A stretch of 64,000 bases of DNA from IMG/VR virus record IMGVR_UViG_3300037189_027540, positions 3,599-67,598 of that record; one strand, written 5' to 3'. This stretch comes from a virus. Positions within the stretch are counted from its first letter, which is position 1; the number at the start of each line of letters is the position of its first letter. The position numbers and the translations under genes are program-made. Below, piece after piece: positions 28,406-38,600 of this stretch. Under the pieces are notes generated by a model, which saw only the letters and a program-made list of their open reading frames with translations, did no database searches and was not told where the DNA came from.

Positions 28406-29730
28406 TTATAATATTTTGATAGATTAATTTTGCTGATGTCGATATAATTTTTTGATGTTGCTCCTATACCGGTAACATTACCTCCTTGCCCTGAAAAATA
28501 GGTAGAAGAAGTTTGTGTGGACATATCTGTTCGATTCCAACCACCAGAAAATGTGATATAATTTCCAGCAGTTCCACTATCATTAATTGTTGCAGCATTT
28601 CCTGACGCTACCAAAACATAAAATGGTTCTATCTTATAAGTATTGAGCGTTTCTGTTGTTCCATAATAACCAGCATAGGCATTTGTTAAACTTGTCCAAT
28701 TACTTCCAGTAAATAAAATTACAAGATTATTTTTAATACCTAGGATTGGTAAGAAATATTCATCATTATTTTTTCCTATCATTGAAGTTAAAGAAATGTT
28801 ATCAGCAGAAGAAGTAGATTTTACAGCAATAACATTTGAAAATGATACAGTTATAGCACCTGTATCATTAACTACATAAAGAGCAATGCTTTGTATTGCA
28901 GATCCTAATGCTGAACCTTTATTAATTGTAATAGGGATGTTAATTATATTAAGATAAGGTTGTGCGGGAACCAAAAACTCATCAACAATAACAGCGCCAA
29001 GAGTATCAGAACACAAACAAATTTTGATATCTCCTGCCGCCAATAAAGTTCCAGCAGTTTGACTAAATTGTAATGATATTTGTTGATAAGCACTAAAATC
29101 TGTAGATGGAATAGTTTTATAAGCAGCTTTTCCTGTAGTAAATCCAGAAGCGATTGCTAAAGATACTTTTGTTGGCATCCATGCGGTTGTATCAATTGAA
29201 GAAGTCACATTAGCAGAAGCAGTCCAGTTCGCTCCATTTGATGAAACTGTTCCTACGTTATCTGTTAGTACAATATCTTTTGTTGCTGCGGAAGTTGATT
29301 TGATTATATTTGAATTAATATTTCTTAAAGTTCCGCCGGATGTGTAAGAAGCATTACCTGTACTTCCTACAAGATCAAATGTATTTGTTGAAACATTTGT
29401 AATTTGCCAAATGCCATTTGTATTTGTATTACCACCGACTCCTGTAATTATTACATAATCGTTATTTGCATAACCATGATTTGAGCAAGTAATTTGGATA
29501 GGAGTTGCATTTGTTGCTCCTGTGATTGATTTAGAAGGAGTATTAAATCCATTTGTCCAAAGTCCTGCTCCTACTAAAGTAGGAGCAGGACTTTCCATAA
29601 TTCTTATTTCGTCGCCTGGAGCAATTCTAGGTGCAGTTGCTCCGCTTGTGATTGTTTTCCATGCGTTTGCAAATGATAATCCGTCGTTTGCGTCATTACC
29701 AGCTGCTGGATTTATATAGAATGTAGCCAT
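28354..29730 (-). CDS. N-terminal part of the AT-rich fibre-like protein
   Basis: 'ATFYINPAAGNDANDGLSFANAWKTI' is typical of pectin-lyase-fold N-termini. It is followed by the module 'ITGATNATPIQIT...HG...V.ITGVGGNT..NG.W.IT......FDL'. Confidence 0.75.
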   Translation of the reverse strand: MATFYINPAAGNDANDGLSFANAWKTITSGATAPRIAPGDEIRIMESPAPTLVGAGLWTNGFNTPSKSITGATNATPIQITCSNHGYANNDYVIITGVGGNTNTNGIWQITNVSTNTFDLVGSTGNASYTSGGTLRNINSNIIKSTSAATKDIVLTDNVGTVSSNGANWTASANVTSSIDTTAWMPTKVSLAIASGFTTGKAAYKTIPSTDFSAYQQISLQFSQTAGTLLAAGDIKICLCSDTLGAVIVDEFLVPAQPYLNIINIPITINKGSALGSAIQSIALYVVNDTGAITVSFSNVIAVKSTSSADNISLTSMIGKNNDEYFLPILGIKNNLVILFTGSNWTSLTNAYAGYYGTTETLNTYKIEPFYVLVASGNAATINDSGTAGNYITFSGGWNRTDMSTQTSSTYFSGQGGNVTGIGATSKNYIDISKINLSKYYNGYFLQLALIATFLTYV

Positions 29731-29868
29731 GTACTTCTCTCAGTTAACCAACTTCATCTAAAATTTCGATGAAATATGGATTTGTGTAATAGATCTACCG
29801 TTCCTTGTTTGTTTTAACTAGTGATTCTTCAAATTCTCCTAATACTGGACAAATGCGTGGAGCCAATA

Positions 29869-30339
29869 CTAATTGATCATTGGCGTCGTCACTGCGAGTA
29901 TATCAAGTCCGATTAAATTACCCTTGAAAACCTGTGGAAAATCGAAAATCAAATCGCCATCAATTAGACCTCTTGATGGCCCAGAAGAACAGCTCGGCAA
30001 GGTTCTACCGGCTGGACCAGTGATATCTCCATCTAGAATTGCCTCTTCATTTCTATTAAAAATCCTAAACCAGGTAGCAACACCACCTGTAGGAATATCT
30101 GACTGCGGCGTTGATTCATTAGCTACAGCGATGCCATTGACTGGTTCAGCAAATGGCACTTCGTTTAGCATAATAGTTGCTAACAGTATGTTATCGCTGT
30201 TAATACTGCTAGTGTCGCATGGTCTTGTTCCACTGTAAATCCCAACATATGGTCTAATTTGACTATCACCGTAGTTTATAGCATCAGTCAACACTGTTAC
30301 TAACGCATTCGATGATTCATCTGTGAAAAGCAAGGACAT
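29869..30339 (-). CDS. Small virion structural protein, tandem paralog of 30355..30786
   Basis: Shared motifs 'IYSGTRP', 'LLATI.L....F....NGIAVA', 'ATWFRI.N......DG'. Confidence 0.7.
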   Translation of the reverse strand: MSLLFTDESSNALVTVLTDAINYGDSQIRPYVGIYSGTRPCDTSSINSDNILLATIMLNEVPFAEPVNGIAVANESTPQSDIPTGGVATWFRIFNRNEEAILDGDITGPAGRTLPSCSSGPSRGLIDGDLIFDFPQVFKGNLIGLDILAVTTPMIN

Positions 30340-30354
30340 GTTATCGTCACTCTC

Positions 30355-30786
30355 TTACACGATAGTACGTGGTGCATTTAGCGTTAGGTTCGTTATACCG
30401 ACCGTGCCACCAGACACGACGTCAACACTGTCAAAGACGATGTTGCCGGTGCCCGTGCTGGTGTCTGTGACAAGGCCATCGCAGACAGCTACACCATTTA
30501 AATTATAAATTCTAAACCATGCAGCCGGTCCGGATGCAGCTGCAGCAGTGTCCGCTGCGATCGCTTTGGCTATCGCCACGCCGTTTTGTGGGCTGTTAAA
30601 GCTAGGATTACCTAATTGCAAAGTGGCTAATTTTGTCTGTGTGGTTACTGGATCATCTGCAGTATTGGGCCTAGGTGCAGTGAATATTTCCATATAAGCG
30701 TTCGGACGTACAGAACCAGCGTCAATAAGCTCAATAATTCTGGTAAGGATCGCATTGCATGTGATAAAGCTGTAAGTTATGGACAT
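30355..30786 (-). CDS. Small virion structural protein, tandem paralog of 29869..30339
   Basis: 'IFTAPRP', 'KLATLQL....F....NGVAIA', 'AAWFRIYN...CDG'. Confidence 0.7.
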   Translation of the reverse strand: MSITYSFITCNAILTRIIELIDAGSVRPNAYMEIFTAPRPNTADDPVTTQTKLATLQLGNPSFNSPQNGVAIAKAIAADTAAAASGPAAWFRIYNLNGVAVCDGLVTDTSTGTGNIVFDSVDVVSGGTVGITNLTLNAPRTIV

Positions 30787-33536
30787 GTCGGTTCCTCTTT
30801 GCAGGGTGGCGAAATTGACTGCAATCCATCGTTAGTGTTAAGAGGCTCATTAATTTCGCCATTAGCTGTATCCGCTATATACTTAGCGGTATTAGGTAAA
30901 GTCATAGACCTGCAATTAATGTACTCGTATATACCACTTGCCTTATTGGTGATCTTGGTACCTCTACATTGCATCGCATACAGATTAGTGTTGATGCGGA
31001 GGCGTTTATTAAATCCACTGTCACCGGAGTCACTTAGTGTAAGGTCTCCAATTGGATCAACCATCATCTGGATGACACCGCGGCCATAATGGTTAGGGTC
31101 AAGAGTAGTGGTAGTCGGCCGTGGAGGGCAAAATTGATCTTCTGTGCCATTCCCAGCATTATAAAGGGCAGCGACGTCCCAGCCTGTCAAGTTATAATCG
31201 TAAATCCTAAAATCATCGAATGCTGCAACAGGCATAGTGCCGTCGTTCGCACCTAACGCAAAGTAAAGTTTATCTTCGTTCTTAAACCTGACACCATTAA
31301 AAGTAAATGCCACTTTTGCGTTCTGATAAATTGTAAAATTCTTCGTAGTGCTGTTGTAACAAAGTGCAAAGTGTACCCAACCTGGTGGAGTGGTAAGGTA
31401 TACACCTAGAGAGGTTTGGATTCCAGTGTCAAGCAGGATATCGAATGAGTCTATTATATAGGAGGAATTTGCTTCCTTTCTGCTGAAGGAAAATAGCTGT
31501 CGGCTGTGGTCGCTATCGAGAGAGACGCTCCATAGCACTCCAAGAGCTGTAGCTGCGTTTTGGTTAACCCAAAATGTGAACGAGACGTAAGAGTCGCCAA
31601 TGGCGCCTAGTATCGTCTTTTGGTCTGCGGAAACGAAAGCGTTAGCGTTTAGCGCATATGAGCCATTGTTGCCGACTTCCAATGCGTCATTGATTTTGCC
31701 TGCGACAAATGATGTTTCAGGTCCCCGTTCCAAATCCAGTAGCTTTACGATATCGCTGGTATTACCATTGAACGTATACTGGTGTAATGGGCATCGATAG
31801 AATGAAGGATTGGGCGGACATGGATCAGGCCCAGGTGTAGTAGTGGTTGTGGTGGTCGTCGTAGTAGTGGTAGTGGTAGTTGTCGTAGTGGAAGTCGTAG
31901 TTGTGGTACTGGTAGTCGGTGCGACCGTGGTGGTAGGTGCTGCAGTGGTCGTCGTGGTGGTGCCAGTAAGAGTCCAATCGGCCTGTGTGCCAATGCCACC
32001 ATTATAAATTGCAAGAACGTCAAGGCCTGTTAGAACATTGTTTACAGTCGATGGAGTGCCAGGCGGGGTATAAGTCGAGAACATGCCACCGTTAGCAGGA
32101 TAAGTATAAAACCTTAGATCATCTATAGCGGCGTCGCCTGTCGGCCCTGGCCCCACTGTCATCACCAACGCTGGACTTGTGGCAGCATATCTGGCGTTCA
32201 CATACATCATGTCATATTTTGAGCCCTGATAATATACTGAGAGCAGACCTATCGACTTATCATACACCAAAGCAAGATGATGCCATATGCCGACTTGCGG
32301 TGAATTGATATACACCGGCAACGGCCACCTCTGCCCGAGCGAATCTACCATTCGAATCAGATAAGCTGGAGTCGGCGATCCTCCCAAGTTATAAGTAGTA
32401 TATTCAACATTAATGATACTTTGACCAAGCGCATCCGTGACGTTGATAATGGCATCAGGACTCAACAATAATGCAGATGGCCTATGCCAGAATGCAAACG
32501 CAAAGCTATCATTATTGCTTGATAATATATTGGCTTCTGTGTAGTAGGGTCCGACATTGGAAGACGTTACTGTGGCATTAGCGCCACCACCATATTGCAA
32601 AGCCTGATTAACGACGCCTGCTTCGAACGTACACCCCACGCTTACCGCAAGGTTTAGAGGATTACTCAAGCTACTAGATGCTACCGTGATATTATCATTG
32701 CCAGTGTTATCAAAGAGATAATGGTGATAGGTATTGAGGTACATCTGGGCGGTTAAACCCCCAGAGACTGCATTCTGATTAAGATAATTGTTAGATAATT
32801 CTAAATCTGTTAGTTTAGCATACCATAGCTTGGTCTCGGCAAGGTAACCATTAACATCCGGAAAGATCGATATAGATTCTAGCAACGCGTTTCGTGAGGC
32901 AGGTGTTAAATCTGTAAAAAGCTCATATGTCGACTCATCGCCCCAGGAGATCTCGTGATAAAATGTATTTGGTAAGACTGGATTTGCAGCGTAAAACCGG
33001 ACTCTAAGTTGATACCATTTGTCCTTAACTAACTCAGGCGACACGACTCGGTTTGTGTAATAATCCTTGACCTCGAATACCTCGGCTGTGTTATTTATGA
33101 CGGTGTCAGCCACCAAATAAATACCAGCTCCCGCAGACTGATTCAACACCAACACGGGTACTTCGTTCGTGCTGCTATCGGCTGCAAATCGTATCCATGT
33201 GGTAAATGTATATTCGAATGCATGATTTAGTGGGGCAACACCTGCATAACTAGCTAAGTCGATATACTCATCGTTGCTCAGTACAGCTATATAATTTGAT
33301 ATAAACCCAAACCCGATATTCCTGCTTAGCTGTACAGCGGTTAATGGGATACTGGTATTTGGAAGCGTCAATGACGAATATGACACCGTGCCAGTGGTAA
33401 AGAAGTCCAAAGGTTGGACTTGTGCAGAATATGCCGTATTATCGCCAACACAAAAAGAGTCAATGAGGTTATTGTCATATTTCCAATAATGATCTGGTGT
33501 CCTAACTGGCGCAGCTGTGGTAGTGGTTGTCGGCAT
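30777..33536 (-). CDS. Multi-LamG/concanavalin A-like domain protein with poly-Thr linkers (919 aa)
   Basis: Repeated 'HYWKYD/HHYLFD/HQYTFN...G.IN.AL...W.H.AL.Y...DD(L/F)R(F/I)Y...(I/L)YN.G.G' units separated by long Thr tracts. Confidence 0.85.
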   Translation of the reverse strand: MPTTTTTAAPVRTPDHYWKYDNNLIDSFCVGDNTAYSAQVQPLDFFTTGTVSYSSLTLPNTSIPLTAVQLSRNIGFGFISNYIAVLSNDEYIDLASYAGVAPLNHAFEYTFTTWIRFAADSSTNEVPVLVLNQSAGAGIYLVADTVINNTAEVFEVKDYYTNRVVSPELVKDKWYQLRVRFYAANPVLPNTFYHEISWGDESTYELFTDLTPASRNALLESISIFPDVNGYLAETKLWYAKLTDLELSNNYLNQNAVSGGLTAQMYLNTYHHYLFDNTGNDNITVASSSLSNPLNLAVSVGCTFEAGVVNQALQYGGGANATVTSSNVGPYYTEANILSSNNDSFAFAFWHRPSALLLSPDAIINVTDALGQSIINVEYTTYNLGGSPTPAYLIRMVDSLGQRWPLPVYINSPQVGIWHHLALVYDKSIGLLSVYYQGSKYDMMYVNARYAATSPALVMTVGPGPTGDAAIDDLRFYTYPANGGMFSTYTPPGTPSTVNNVLTGLDVLAIYNGGIGTQADWTLTGTTTTTTAAPTTTVAPTTSTTTTTSTTTTTTTTTTTTTTTTTTPGPDPCPPNPSFYRCPLHQYTFNGNTSDIVKLLDLERGPETSFVAGKINDALEVGNNGSYALNANAFVSADQKTILGAIGDSYVSFTFWVNQNAATALGVLWSVSLDSDHSRQLFSFSRKEANSSYIIDSFDILLDTGIQTSLGVYLTTPPGWVHFALCYNSTTKNFTIYQNAKVAFTFNGVRFKNEDKLYFALGANDGTMPVAAFDDFRIYDYNLTGWDVAALYNAGNGTEDQFCPPRPTTTTLDPNHYGRGVIQMMVDPIGDLTLSDSGDSGFNKRLRINTNLYAMQCRGTKITNKASGIYEYINCRSMTLPNTAKYIADTANGEINEPLNTNDGLQSISPPCKEEPTCP

Positions 33537-33564
33537 AGAGCGCTCTCATTTCATTTAAATTTGA

Positions 33565-34740
33565 ATGATAGATAACCAGTACTTCACAGAGATTAATATG
33601 AGATTCCACGTCCTTGGTCTCCCGCACACCGTCTCTAATAAAGAATATATTGCCTGTGCGTACACCCAAAAAGTAGTAAAATTTTGCGACATGATGAAAA
33701 AGCGCGGCCATACCATATACCATTATGGCCACGAGGACTCTGAAGTTAAATGTGATGAACATGTGACCGTGGTGACCAATAAAGATCTGGAAATCGCATA
33801 TGGTAATTACGACTGGCGATCGAATTTCTTTAAATTCGATATGAACGACTACGCCTACCAGACGTTCTTCAAAAACGCCATCGAAGCAGTCGGCAAGCTC
33901 AAAAAAGACAAAGATTTTATCTTGCCGTTCTGGGGATACGGCGTAAAGCCAGTTTGCGATGCCCACCAAGACCTGATCGTAGTAGAACCTGGAATCGGCT
34001 ACGCTGGCGGACATTTCGCCAGATTTAAAGTGTTCGAATCATACGCCATCATGCATGCATACTATGGACTAACAGCGGTAGGAGAATGCCGTCAAGATTG
34101 GTATGATGTGGTGATCCCAAATTATTTCGATCCAGACGATTTCACTTACGACGATCAAAAAGAAGACTATTTTTTATTCCTAGGAAGAGTCTACCAAGGT
34201 AAAGGCGTAGACGTCGCCGTACAAGTAACTGAGAAAATAGGAGCTAAGCTGTTAATTGCTGGCCAAAATAGCTTAGCCAACATGGGATACAAAGAAGGAT
34301 TTGCGCACGTTACCGAATTAGGCTACGCAGATGTCGATAAACGGAAGAAGCTAATGGCAAAAGCAAAAGCTGCCTTCGTGCCATCAATGTACTGCGAACC
34401 ATTCGGTGGTGTTCAAGTGGAATGTCTGCTGTCTGGCACACCAACCATAACCACCGACTGGGGGGCTTTCACAGAAAATAACATCCACGGGTTAACAGGC
34501 TACAGATGCCGAACATTTAATGATTTCGTCGAAGCAGCAAATAACATTCATAAAGTCAAGCCATCCAACTGTCGTAAATTCGGAGAAAACTTCCTTTTGG
34601 ATGCAATTGCACCTAAATACGAAAAGTATTTTCAAGACGTGTGGAACGTAGCATTTAGCAGCGGCTGGTATACGATGTCAAAGACACCGACTTTGGATTA
34701 TCTAAACCGCACTATCCCAAATGACCGCAGTTACGATTAA
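33565..34740 (+). CDS. Glycosyltransferase, GT4 family
   Basis: 'YFLFLGRVYQGKG', 'LLIAGQ', E-x7-E 'EPFGGVQVE', 'GTPTITTDWGAF', 'HGLTGYR'. Confidence 0.92.
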   Translation: MIDNQYFTEINMRFHVLGLPHTVSNKEYIACAYTQKVVKFCDMMKKRGHTIYHYGHEDSEVKCDEHVTVVTNKDLEIAYGNYDWRSNFFKFDMNDYAYQTFFKNAIEAVGKLKKDKDFILPFWGYGVKPVCDAHQDLIVVEPGIGYAGGHFARFKVFESYAIMHAYYGLTAVGECRQDWYDVVIPNYFDPDDFTYDDQKEDYFLFLGRVYQGKGVDVAVQVTEKIGAKLLIAGQNSLANMGYKEGFAHVTELGYADVDKRKKLMAKAKAAFVPSMYCEPFGGVQVECLLSGTPTITTDWGAFTENNIHGLTGYRCRTFNDFVEAANNIHKVKPSNCRKFGENFLLDAIAPKYEKYFQDVWNVAFSSGWYTMSKTPTLDYLNRTIPNDRSYD

Positions 34741-35627
34741 TGAAATATGCCTAACCAGTGATGAATAACATGTTTCCAATCATAATGGTTTAAAGCATAA
34801 GATTGGAAGTCGTTACATTTAACCTGGTACTCGATTGGGTGGTTCCTATAATAATCGAGTTTTTGAACTGCCATCTCTACAAATGCGTTCTCTTCTGAAG
34901 GTAACAAGATAGCGTTCTTGTTACGACTAACATAGCCTATTGGTGTGCTCATTAGTAGTTTACCTGCCGTGGCGCCTTCTAGCATTGGCAGCCCCACGGT
35001 CTCCTCGGTACTACTGCATATCACGCAATCGACGTTTTTATAGAACTTATACATGCTAAGATAGTGAACTGGCTTATCGTTACAAACCAAATGCAATTTA
35101 GCCCTCTTGCATATCTCTTTTACAAGATGGCCGCGCTTGATATCAGCACCGTTTACGTTCGGTGCAGCAATAGCGGAGGCATACCCGACCGTCTTTAGCT
35201 CTTTTGAGATCGGAGCATTAAAGAACCCTGTGCTCACACCGACAGGCGTTAATCTCGGAGTCCTTCTGACTCCCACCTCTTTGCACACATCTACCAGTTC
35301 CGGACTCACGACACATAATTCATGTACTCTGTCGAAGCACTCGACTCCGCATCTTTTAAAGCCATTGTAGATATCGATTTGGCCGTGAGCTATTAAGATG
35401 ATTTTTTCGTATGGAAATCCATATGACCTAAGCTCTAATAAAGCTGTAGGGCCTGTGATCACATAATCAAACATATCAACGATACCGGCAACAGCACTAG
35501 GGTCATACGATTGCGACCAATCCAATAAATCACCGAACACGCCATGCTTATAAAGCTCTTTAATTAACCCTGAATTGAGTGACCCAAAGGCCCATTTAGT
35601 CTCAGTAAAAATCGCTATTCTGATCAT
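34737..35627 (-). CDS. Glycosyltransferase, GT-B/GT4-like; paralog of 1..639
   Basis: 'IKRGHLV', 'FYKNVDCVICSSTEETVGLPMLEGATAG'. Confidence 0.82.
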   Translation of the reverse strand: MIRIAIFTETKWAFGSLNSGLIKELYKHGVFGDLLDWSQSYDPSAVAGIVDMFDYVITGPTALLELRSYGFPYEKIILIAHGQIDIYNGFKRCGVECFDRVHELCVVSPELVDVCKEVGVRRTPRLTPVGVSTGFFNAPISKELKTVGYASAIAAPNVNGADIKRGHLVKEICKRAKLHLVCNDKPVHYLSMYKFYKNVDCVICSSTEETVGLPMLEGATAGKLLMSTPIGYVSRNKNAILLPSEENAFVEMAVQKLDYYRNHPIEYQVKCNDFQSYALNHYDWKHVIHHWLGIFH

Positions 35628-35670
35628 ACTTTTCAGACACCATGAAGGCTCAATGTTAGCTTTAGATTAT

Positions 35671-38600
35671 CTACGGAGCCGCAGTTGTAGTGGTCGTTGG
35701 TGAAACCGTGGTAATGGTGGTCGGGTCGTTACAAGGAATACTGTAACCATTGCCAAAACTATAAAAGCTAAAAGCGTCACTAGTGGTAAGATACGTCTCG
35801 TAAAACCGTAATTCACAGACACTAATAGAGCTGAAGCTTTGGAGATCTAATGACCTCCCCAAGAAGACCGTAGCAAGAGTATGCGATGTACTAAATACTG
35901 CGTAAGAAACAGGCGGGTTGTCATTAACATAGCAGCTAGTGTTGATGGTAGTACCATTATAAATGGTACTGATTACTAAAGAATACCAAACGCCATATGA
36001 TAACCCTGCCTTAAACGTCTCTGTGCCAAATCTTAAATCGTAACCGACGCCATTTTGAACATAATTAATATTAAGATCTAAAGTGCCTTCGTTAGCCAAT
36101 ATTGTACCATTAGAATCGGCGTTAACCCTTAACCACATCGCCCACGAATATGAAGCCCGCGGTAGGAGACTGAAGAAGTTGCAATCATAGATCAATGAGC
36201 TTAAGTAGGTGGAACTGGTCGAAATAGCGTAGTTAATCTTACCAACTTCAAAAGCTGTGAGGCCGCTAGATAGCCAATCTTGCCCACCAGTGCTGTTAAT
36301 AACAGCATAGTAATCATAAGTATTTCGGTCGAATTTCCAATAATGAGTTAAATAGGTTAATGGAATTGGAGGTGGTGCTGTAGTTGGCGCCGGAGTTGTG
36401 GTTGTGGTAGTGCCGTTACACGAATCTTCTGTACCAGCACCTGCATTATAAAGCTCGGCCACATCCCATCCAGTCAGCGTATTGCTGAATGTCCTCACGT
36501 CATCAAATGCCACACTAGGCATACTGCCGGATGCTGCACCAAGCACTAAAGTATTAGGATTGATATTAGCCCGATTTACACCGTAACTGCCTACCACCTT
36601 GCTGTCTAAGTAAGCCGTGAAATTGCCATTGTTGTAAGTTAGTGCATAGTGAGTCCAAGTATCCGAAAACTGCGATTCCGCCAAATCTAATGCTATGGTA
36701 ACCACGTCCTCTGTGCCACCAGAGTCCATTATGGTTACTTCCCAAGCTGGAACATTTGGGCCAGTGCCAGTGCCAGTGCCAGTGCCAGTGCCAGTGCCAG
36801 TGCCAGTGCCAGTGCCAGTGCCAGTGCCAGTAGCATTCTGTGGCGCTGTAGCTAAACTGATCGTAGGTTTAGCTGACCCGATGCTGCTATCGAACGTGGT
36901 TAGAAGTGTTCCACCTAGAATAAACGTATCCTGCCACTTAGCCCAGAACGCAATACTGAAATTATTACCTAAAGTGTTAAATGGTGCACCAGCAGCACCT
37001 GCAGCAACGGCATTCTTGGTGGCATCGTAATATTCAGAGCCATTAACAGTCAAAGCATTGTTTATCTTTCCTGCATTAAAGCTCGTACCCACACCGATGG
37101 TCAGAGGCAAATAGCCGTTTGAATCTTCACCGCTACTATTCAACTTATATTGATGTGGACCACAGTACCACAGAGCGGCATCTTCACCCCAGCTATCACT
37201 AAATGTGCCGAGTCCAAGGTTATAATAGGAGGACAGGTCTACGATTGCCTTGTAAACCACCACGTCGCTAATTGACACGTTGCCGAATTGATAGGTAGCC
37301 TCAGTCGCCACATTTACGGGAGCGCCACCTAGTATGAAATCGCCAAATGACATCGCTCGATCTTCTGCTGTTAATGGTATCGATGTCGATGTCCCTTGAT
37401 TAATTGCAATTGATATGGCGTTGCCTACCCGTTGGATCGAAATGAATGTCCAAGTATTTTGTGGCCAACCAAAAATGATCGTAGCACTGTTACAATAAAC
37501 GTTTTGTTGATCATAGAACACATGTATATCGTCAACTTCGGCTACTTGACTCCGGATAAAAAGAATAGTGCCGGTCGCTTGATTTAGCGGTGGATTGCTA
37601 TCTATCCTGAACCAGCCTGCGACCGTAAAAGAACTAAGCCCTGCACTGAGCCAATTCCCACTAGAACTTACGTTATACCAAGCATACTCTGTATTGATCG
37701 CTCGGAATCTAGCGCCGCATGGTTGCGATACACCAGCGAAAGTCCTATTGACGTAGGTGATGCCATAGCCACCATTGGAGATCGGGACCAAGTCCTGATT
37801 GCCCCAGGAATCATAAGTTGTATTATTAAACCTGTAATGATGCACTTGGTCGGTTGTAGGTGGAAATGTCGGAGCATAAGATTCGTAAGTGCCTTCAAAT
37901 AGTTTAGCGACATCCTGCCCACGTAAGAACATGTAGATTCTATAATCATTGAAGTTTACTTGTGGCATTGCGCCGACGGTCGCCGATGATCCTAAATACA
38001 AAGTTTGCTGAATTGCCTGTAAGTTAGCAATCGGTCTGATCAGAACTGCGGTCGTAGCGACGCAAACGGCGTCGATATAGGCAAATAGAACCTCGTTTAG
38101 AGAATTGTACCTGAATGCTACGTGAGTCCATTTTGGCAAGGTGCTCAGAGGCGTCACGTAGATGCTGGTGGTTACCGTGGTGCCAAAGAAATTCACTACA
38201 CTGAGCGACAAGGTGGCATCTGTCGCTGTGCGTAGAACTTGCAGCGAAAACCATATCGTTGTGGTGCTTTCTTGGCTAGTTATTTTGCCAGAGTAGGTGT
38301 CTTGGCCCCAGTCTAGCCAGAAAGCGTAACCGTAGTCCCCCTGCCCACCCGCGTTGCTGATAACGCCACCCGGCACCGGACCAGTGTTAGCATTGAATGC
38401 TACGTCGTAAGATACTGACCCACCAACTCTTAAGCTTTGCCCGCCCAGTTTGGGTGCACCAGCTGAATAAGAAGTGCTTGCTCCCGCAGCTAAATCTAGA
38501 CCATAAATCTTGTCAATAGCTGTGCCGTCGCATTTATAATGGTGGATTGGATTTTTATATTGATAGCGCCAATTAAAGACAGTTAAAGGCTTAGGTTTAC

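Noticed and set aside
31810-32007. Poly-Val ORFs on the + strand (also 36695, 40880, 42476)
   Set aside because: They are antisense shadows of poly-Thr codons in the real minus-strand genes.
35628-35673. Stop-codon reassignment or readthrough joining the giant LamG gene to downstream sequence
   Set aside because: TAG is followed by TAA three codons later, and long genes throughout are intact under the standard code.
36761-36831. Tandem repeat considered as a CRISPR array
   Set aside because: It has a 6-bp unit with no spacers and is in frame within a coding gene.
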